Shown here: positions 60,840 to 64,000 of the stretch, one piece after another | Position numbering within the stretch: position 1 is the first letter of the stretch | Layout of the letters: each line of letters begins with the position of its first letter | Origin: an uncultured cyanobacterium | Lineage (GTDB): Bacteria > Cyanobacteriota > Cyanobacteriia > PCC-9006 > JAAUQQ01 | Direction: 5' to 3' | Length of the DNA: 64,000 nt | Assembly (NCBI GenBank): GCA_963718615.1 | Contig: OY970368.1 | Coordinates: forward strand, 4,702,524 to 4,766,523 | The notes under the pieces: model-generated | The model's input: the letters and a program-made list of their open reading frames with translations, nothing else | Databases searched by the model: none | What the model was told of the DNA's origin: nothing | Position numbers and translations under genes: made by a program

Positions 60840-62250
60840 CGCGCCTTCAGGCCGGGGAGGGATAGGAGCGCGACCGTGAGGGAGCAATAATTTAGCGGCT
60901 CTCACAGTCAATGTACTATAATGTGAGAATGACACAAAAGGCATTCCGATACCGCTTTTATCCAACCGCTGAGCAGGAAGATTTGCTCAGACGGACGATG
61001 GGTTGCGCTCGTCTGGTCTACAATCGCGCCTTGGCTGAAAGAACTCAAGCTTGGTACGAACGACAGGCGCGGGTGGGGTATGCGGAAACCTCTGTCATGT
61101 TGACCCTGTGGAAGAAAGAAGAGGAACTCTCCTTTCTCAATGAGGTCAGTTGTGTGCCCCTGCAACAAGGGCTGCGGCATCTCCAGAAAGCGTTTACCAA
61201 CTTCTTTGCGGGTCGGGCAAAGTACCCAAAGTTCAAAAAGAAGCGGAATGGTGGCAGTGCTGAGTTTACCAAGTCGGCGTTTAAGTTCAAGGAGGGTCAG
61301 GTGTTTCTGGCCAAATGTTCTGAACCCTTGCCGATTCGGTGGAGCAGGCAGCTTCCAGAGGGTGCTGAACCCTCTAGCATCACGGTAAAGTTGACGCCCT
61401 CGGGGAAGTGGTTTGTCAGTCTGTTGGTGGACGTGGATATTGAGCCATGGCCGGTTAGTCTCCTGAAAGTGGGGATTGATTTGGGCATCAACAGCCTGAT
61501 AGCCCTGAGCACGGGTGAAAAGGTGAACAATCCCAAGTCGTTTAGAGCTAAGCACAAACGACTGAAGAAGGCTCAGAAAGCGTTGGCACGAAAGGAGAAG
61601 GGCTCGAACAACCGTTACAAAGCGCGGTTGAAAGTTGCCCAAATCCATGAAGAGATTGCTAATGCCCGCAAGGATTTCCTTCACAAGCTGACGACGCGAT
61701 TGGTGCGCGAGAACCAAACGATCGCCATCGAAGACTTGGCTGTGAAGAACATGGTGAAAAACCCCAAGCTGGCGTTGTCGATTAGTGACGCGAGTTGGGG
61801 AGAATTGGTCAGGCAGCTTGAATACAAGTGCGAATGGTACGGCAGGGAACTGGTCAAGATTGACCGTTGGTTCCCCAGTTCTAAACGCTGCTCCAACTGT
61901 GGGCACGTCGTCGAAAAACTGCCGTTGAATATTCGTGCTTGGGATTGTCCGAACTGTGGTGAACATCACGACCGGGATATCAATGCTGCTGTGAACGTAT
62001 TGGCCGCAGGACTTGCGGTGTCAGTCTGTGGAGCGACTGTAAGACCCGAACAGAGTAAGTCTGTGAGGGCAGGTGCTATGAAGCAGAAAGCCTCCTGAGT
62101 GATCCGGAGAATCCCCCTCCTTCAGGTGGGGGAGTAGTCAAAGGAGATCCCAATTCGCTAGGGGGGAGTAAAAAAGATGACTCGTCTCAAACAAGCCCCC
62201 TCATCGTCATTCTTCGGGCTTTGCCCCCTGTCAAGTGGCCTTAAAGTAGC
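60840..62250 (+). mobile_element. IS200/IS605-family element carrying only tnpB (IS1341/IS607-like non-autonomous)
   Basis: tnpB is flanked by similar subterminal sequences ccttcaggccggggagg (60846-60862) and ccttcaggtgggggag (62118-62133). No tnpA is present. The boundaries are approximate. Confidence 0.5.
60929..62098 (+). CDS. tnpB: TnpB (IS200/IS605 OrfB; RuvC-like RNA-guided nuclease family)
   Basis: MTQKAFRYRFYPTAEQEDLLRRTMGCARLVYNRALAER... and a C-terminal zinc finger/RuvC-III CSNCGHVVEKLPLNIRAWDCPNCGEHHDRDINAAVNV. A TATAAT at 60915-60920 lies just upstream. Confidence 0.85.
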   Translation: MTQKAFRYRFYPTAEQEDLLRRTMGCARLVYNRALAERTQAWYERQARVGYAETSVMLTLWKKEEELSFLNEVSCVPLQQGLRHLQKAFTNFFAGRAKYPKFKKKRNGGSAEFTKSAFKFKEGQVFLAKCSEPLPIRWSRQLPEGAEPSSITVKLTPSGKWFVSLLVDVDIEPWPVSLLKVGIDLGINSLIALSTGEKVNNPKSFRAKHKRLKKAQKALARKEKGSNNRYKARLKVAQIHEEIANARKDFLHKLTTRLVRENQTIAIEDLAVKNMVKNPKLALSISDASWGELVRQLEYKCEWYGRELVKIDRWFPSSKRCSNCGHVVEKLPLNIRAWDCPNCGEHHDRDINAAVNVLAAGLAVSVCGATVRPEQSKSVRAGAMKQKAS

Positions 62251-62277
62251 CCTGAAAAAGCGTTCTCAGCGCAGCAA

Positions 62278-62718
62278 CTAACTGGGGTCACAGCGAATTT
62301 CTAACAAAAAGCCATCCGGATCATAGAAATAGATGCCGCGTCCCGTTGGTCGAGTGACTGGTCCGTGGTCGATGGGCACTTGATTGGCTTGAAGAACGGC
62401 AACGGCTTGATCAAAGAGGGTAGGGTCAATGTCAAAAGCCAGATGATTGGCTCTTGTAAATTGTTGTGTCGGATCGGGGTGGGGAGGGTGTAAATCGGGC
62501 TCCGCAAACAGGTCTAGGATTGCACCATTGGGCAATCGAAAATTGCTGACTTTGCCCGCTGCCACTAGTGATTTAAGGGTTTCTGGGACCTCGTCTCCTT
62601 GCAGCTCATGGAGCCCCAGTAGGTCACCATAAAAGGCGCGCGAGTCATCTAGATTCGCCACATTAAGAGCCACATGGTGGAAACTGCGGAGGATTCCGGC
62701 TGCAAGGGTCGGGACCAT
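62278..62718 (-). CDS. VOC-family (glyoxalase/bleomycin-resistance/dioxygenase fold) protein
   Basis: HHVALNVANLDDSRAFYGDLLGLHE... in a 146-aa VOC fold. Confidence 0.6.
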   Translation of the reverse strand: MVPTLAAGILRSFHHVALNVANLDDSRAFYGDLLGLHELQGDEVPETLKSLVAAGKVSNFRLPNGAILDLFAEPDLHPPHPDPTQQFTRANHLAFDIDPTLFDQAVAVLQANQVPIDHGPVTRPTGRGIYFYDPDGFLLEIRCDPS

Positions 62719-62743
62719 GACGGTTTGCTGGAGATTGAAACAA

Positions 62744-63157
62744 CTAGCGGGGGATTTCTAAAACCCAATTGCGATAGCTTACCCCTCGGACATTGAAATC
62801 CTCGGCTTTGGGGGTATAGCCCGGTTGGAACTCTAGCACCACTCGCGCTGTTCCGGGTTCGAACTGGCCTAGACGAATTTCCTTCAGCCTGCCACTAGTT
62901 TGGGGTTCGGTTCGGGGGTTTTGGATCCGAATTCCTGGCAAATCCAACACAACCCGTGTGGGGTTTTGTAGGAGCATGGCCTTGGGAATGACGTCCTTGC
63001 TGGTTTCGACCTGAAAGGTATTAGAAGCAGGGTTAAATCGATATTGGGTCACAAAATTGGCTAAGGCGGGGCCGGACACCGTTATTCCTGCGGTCATCAT
63101 TCCGATGCCTAGAGCACCTATTAGCGATCGCTGTAGCTGCATGGTCATATTCCTCAA
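62744..63157 (-). CDS. Secreted AMIN-domain protein
   Basis: An N-terminal signal-like hydrophobic segment, then ...PTRVVLDLPGIRIQNP...ARVVLEFQPGY..., characteristic of AMIN domains. Confidence 0.5.
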   Translation of the reverse strand: MRNMTMQLQRSLIGALGIGMMTAGITVSGPALANFVTQYRFNPASNTFQVETSKDVIPKAMLLQNPTRVVLDLPGIRIQNPRTEPQTSGRLKEIRLGQFEPGTARVVLEFQPGYTPKAEDFNVRGVSYRNWVLEIPR

Positions 63158-63395
63158 TCGCTCAATCAGCTTCTTTCAAGGCGGTTATAGTCTCACAAAA
63201 GTTCCCGCACAAGGGGGAATGGAACCCATTTTGGTGAGAAAATTTTCAGTAGTTTCAGGGGTTTTGATCCTCCCATAAAGCCGCAGAATAAACAGAAAGT
63301 TACGGAGAATCCGTAAAGAATGCTCTTTATGGTCTCTTGTCCTGACCGCCCCCCCTTCTGGATGGAAGGAATTGTTTAGACAAGACAGCCCCCTA

Positions 63396-64000
63396 TGATG
63401 ACCTTCACACTTCCTGCTGGCAAACTTCCCGCTGGCAAACTTCCTGTTGCTGGCACCTCCTCCTGGGTCTTCACCCCGACTCTTGCCCTTTGCACCCTTT
63501 GCTCTGTCTTCCTGATGACGGCTGGGCCGACGCTGGCCCAAACTCGTTTGCCTCGCCCGACCCCTGCGGGGGCTCAAACCACCCCGCGAACGACGAATCT
63601 GACCCTGGAACAGTATTTTGTCCGGGGTTTTGAACGGGCCAATCAAGGGGATTATGCCGGGGCGATCGCCGATTTTTCGTCGGTGGTCGAAATTGTACCC
63701 CAGTTTCCCGAAGCCTATTTTAATCGCGGCTTGGCACGGGAGCTGAGTGGAAATCCTATGGGGGCGATCGCCGACTATTCTCAAACCCTAACCCTCAACC
63801 CCCGCTACGTCCGGGCCTATGTGAATCGAGGCGCGATTTATCTGGATGAAAATAAACTGCGTCAGGCGTTGGCCGATTTTGATCAAGCCCTGAAGCTCGA
63901 CCCTGCCAGCGCCTTAGCGTTGAATAACCGGGGAAATACGTACATGGCACTGAATCGCTATGCGGAAGCCCTCGGGGACTACAATCGGGCGATCGCCCTC
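63396..64000 (+). CDS. TPR-repeat protein (N-terminal part; continues beyond the window end)
   Basis: MMTFTLPAGKLPAGKLPVAG..., then consecutive TPR motifs (...AYFNRGLARELSGNPMGAIADYSQTLTLNPRYVRAYVNRGAIYL...). Confidence 0.6.

Noticed and set aside
63185-63784. 199-aa minus-strand ORF at the window end
   Set aside because: The plus strand encodes a convincing TPR-repeat protein over the same region. The minus ORF is Arg/Gly-rich with no features.

Overview
This 64 kb window looks like a cyanobacterial chromosome segment: about 57% GC, a very frequent HIP1 octamer GCGATCGC, and the genes hli, ndhD and cpcT. Housekeeping genes make up most of it (ilvD, upp, bolA-grxD, pheS, surE, eno, gloA, thrC, glgP-gap1, ndhD, hli). 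There is also a type IV pilus / Hmp-like chemotaxis cluster on the minus strand (PatA-type response regulator, CheY, CheW, MCP, hybrid CheA) with a divergent HmpF-like coiled-coil gene, a 1378-aa DUF4347/cadherin-like/RTX protein, a GAF-GGDEF-EAL protein and a solo IS200/605 tnpB. The most unusual part is an accessory island at about 10.1-18.0 kb. It begins with a degraded integron-type tyrosine-recombinase N-terminal fragment and an adjacent array of structured inverted/direct repeats. It carries mostly plus-strand cassette-like genes, including an AT-rich gene split by an IS1-family element whose C-terminal half encodes a predicted HEPN-like (Rx4H) domain fused to a minimal GGDEF/Cas10-like palm cyclase (mCpol-like). 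It also holds an IS110-family relic, a small-protein/retropepsin-like protease pair, a cold-shock-domain membrane protein, a BrnT/BrnA toxin-antitoxin pair and an orphan HigB/RelE-like toxin. No rRNA, tRNA or CRISPR array was recognised by eye.
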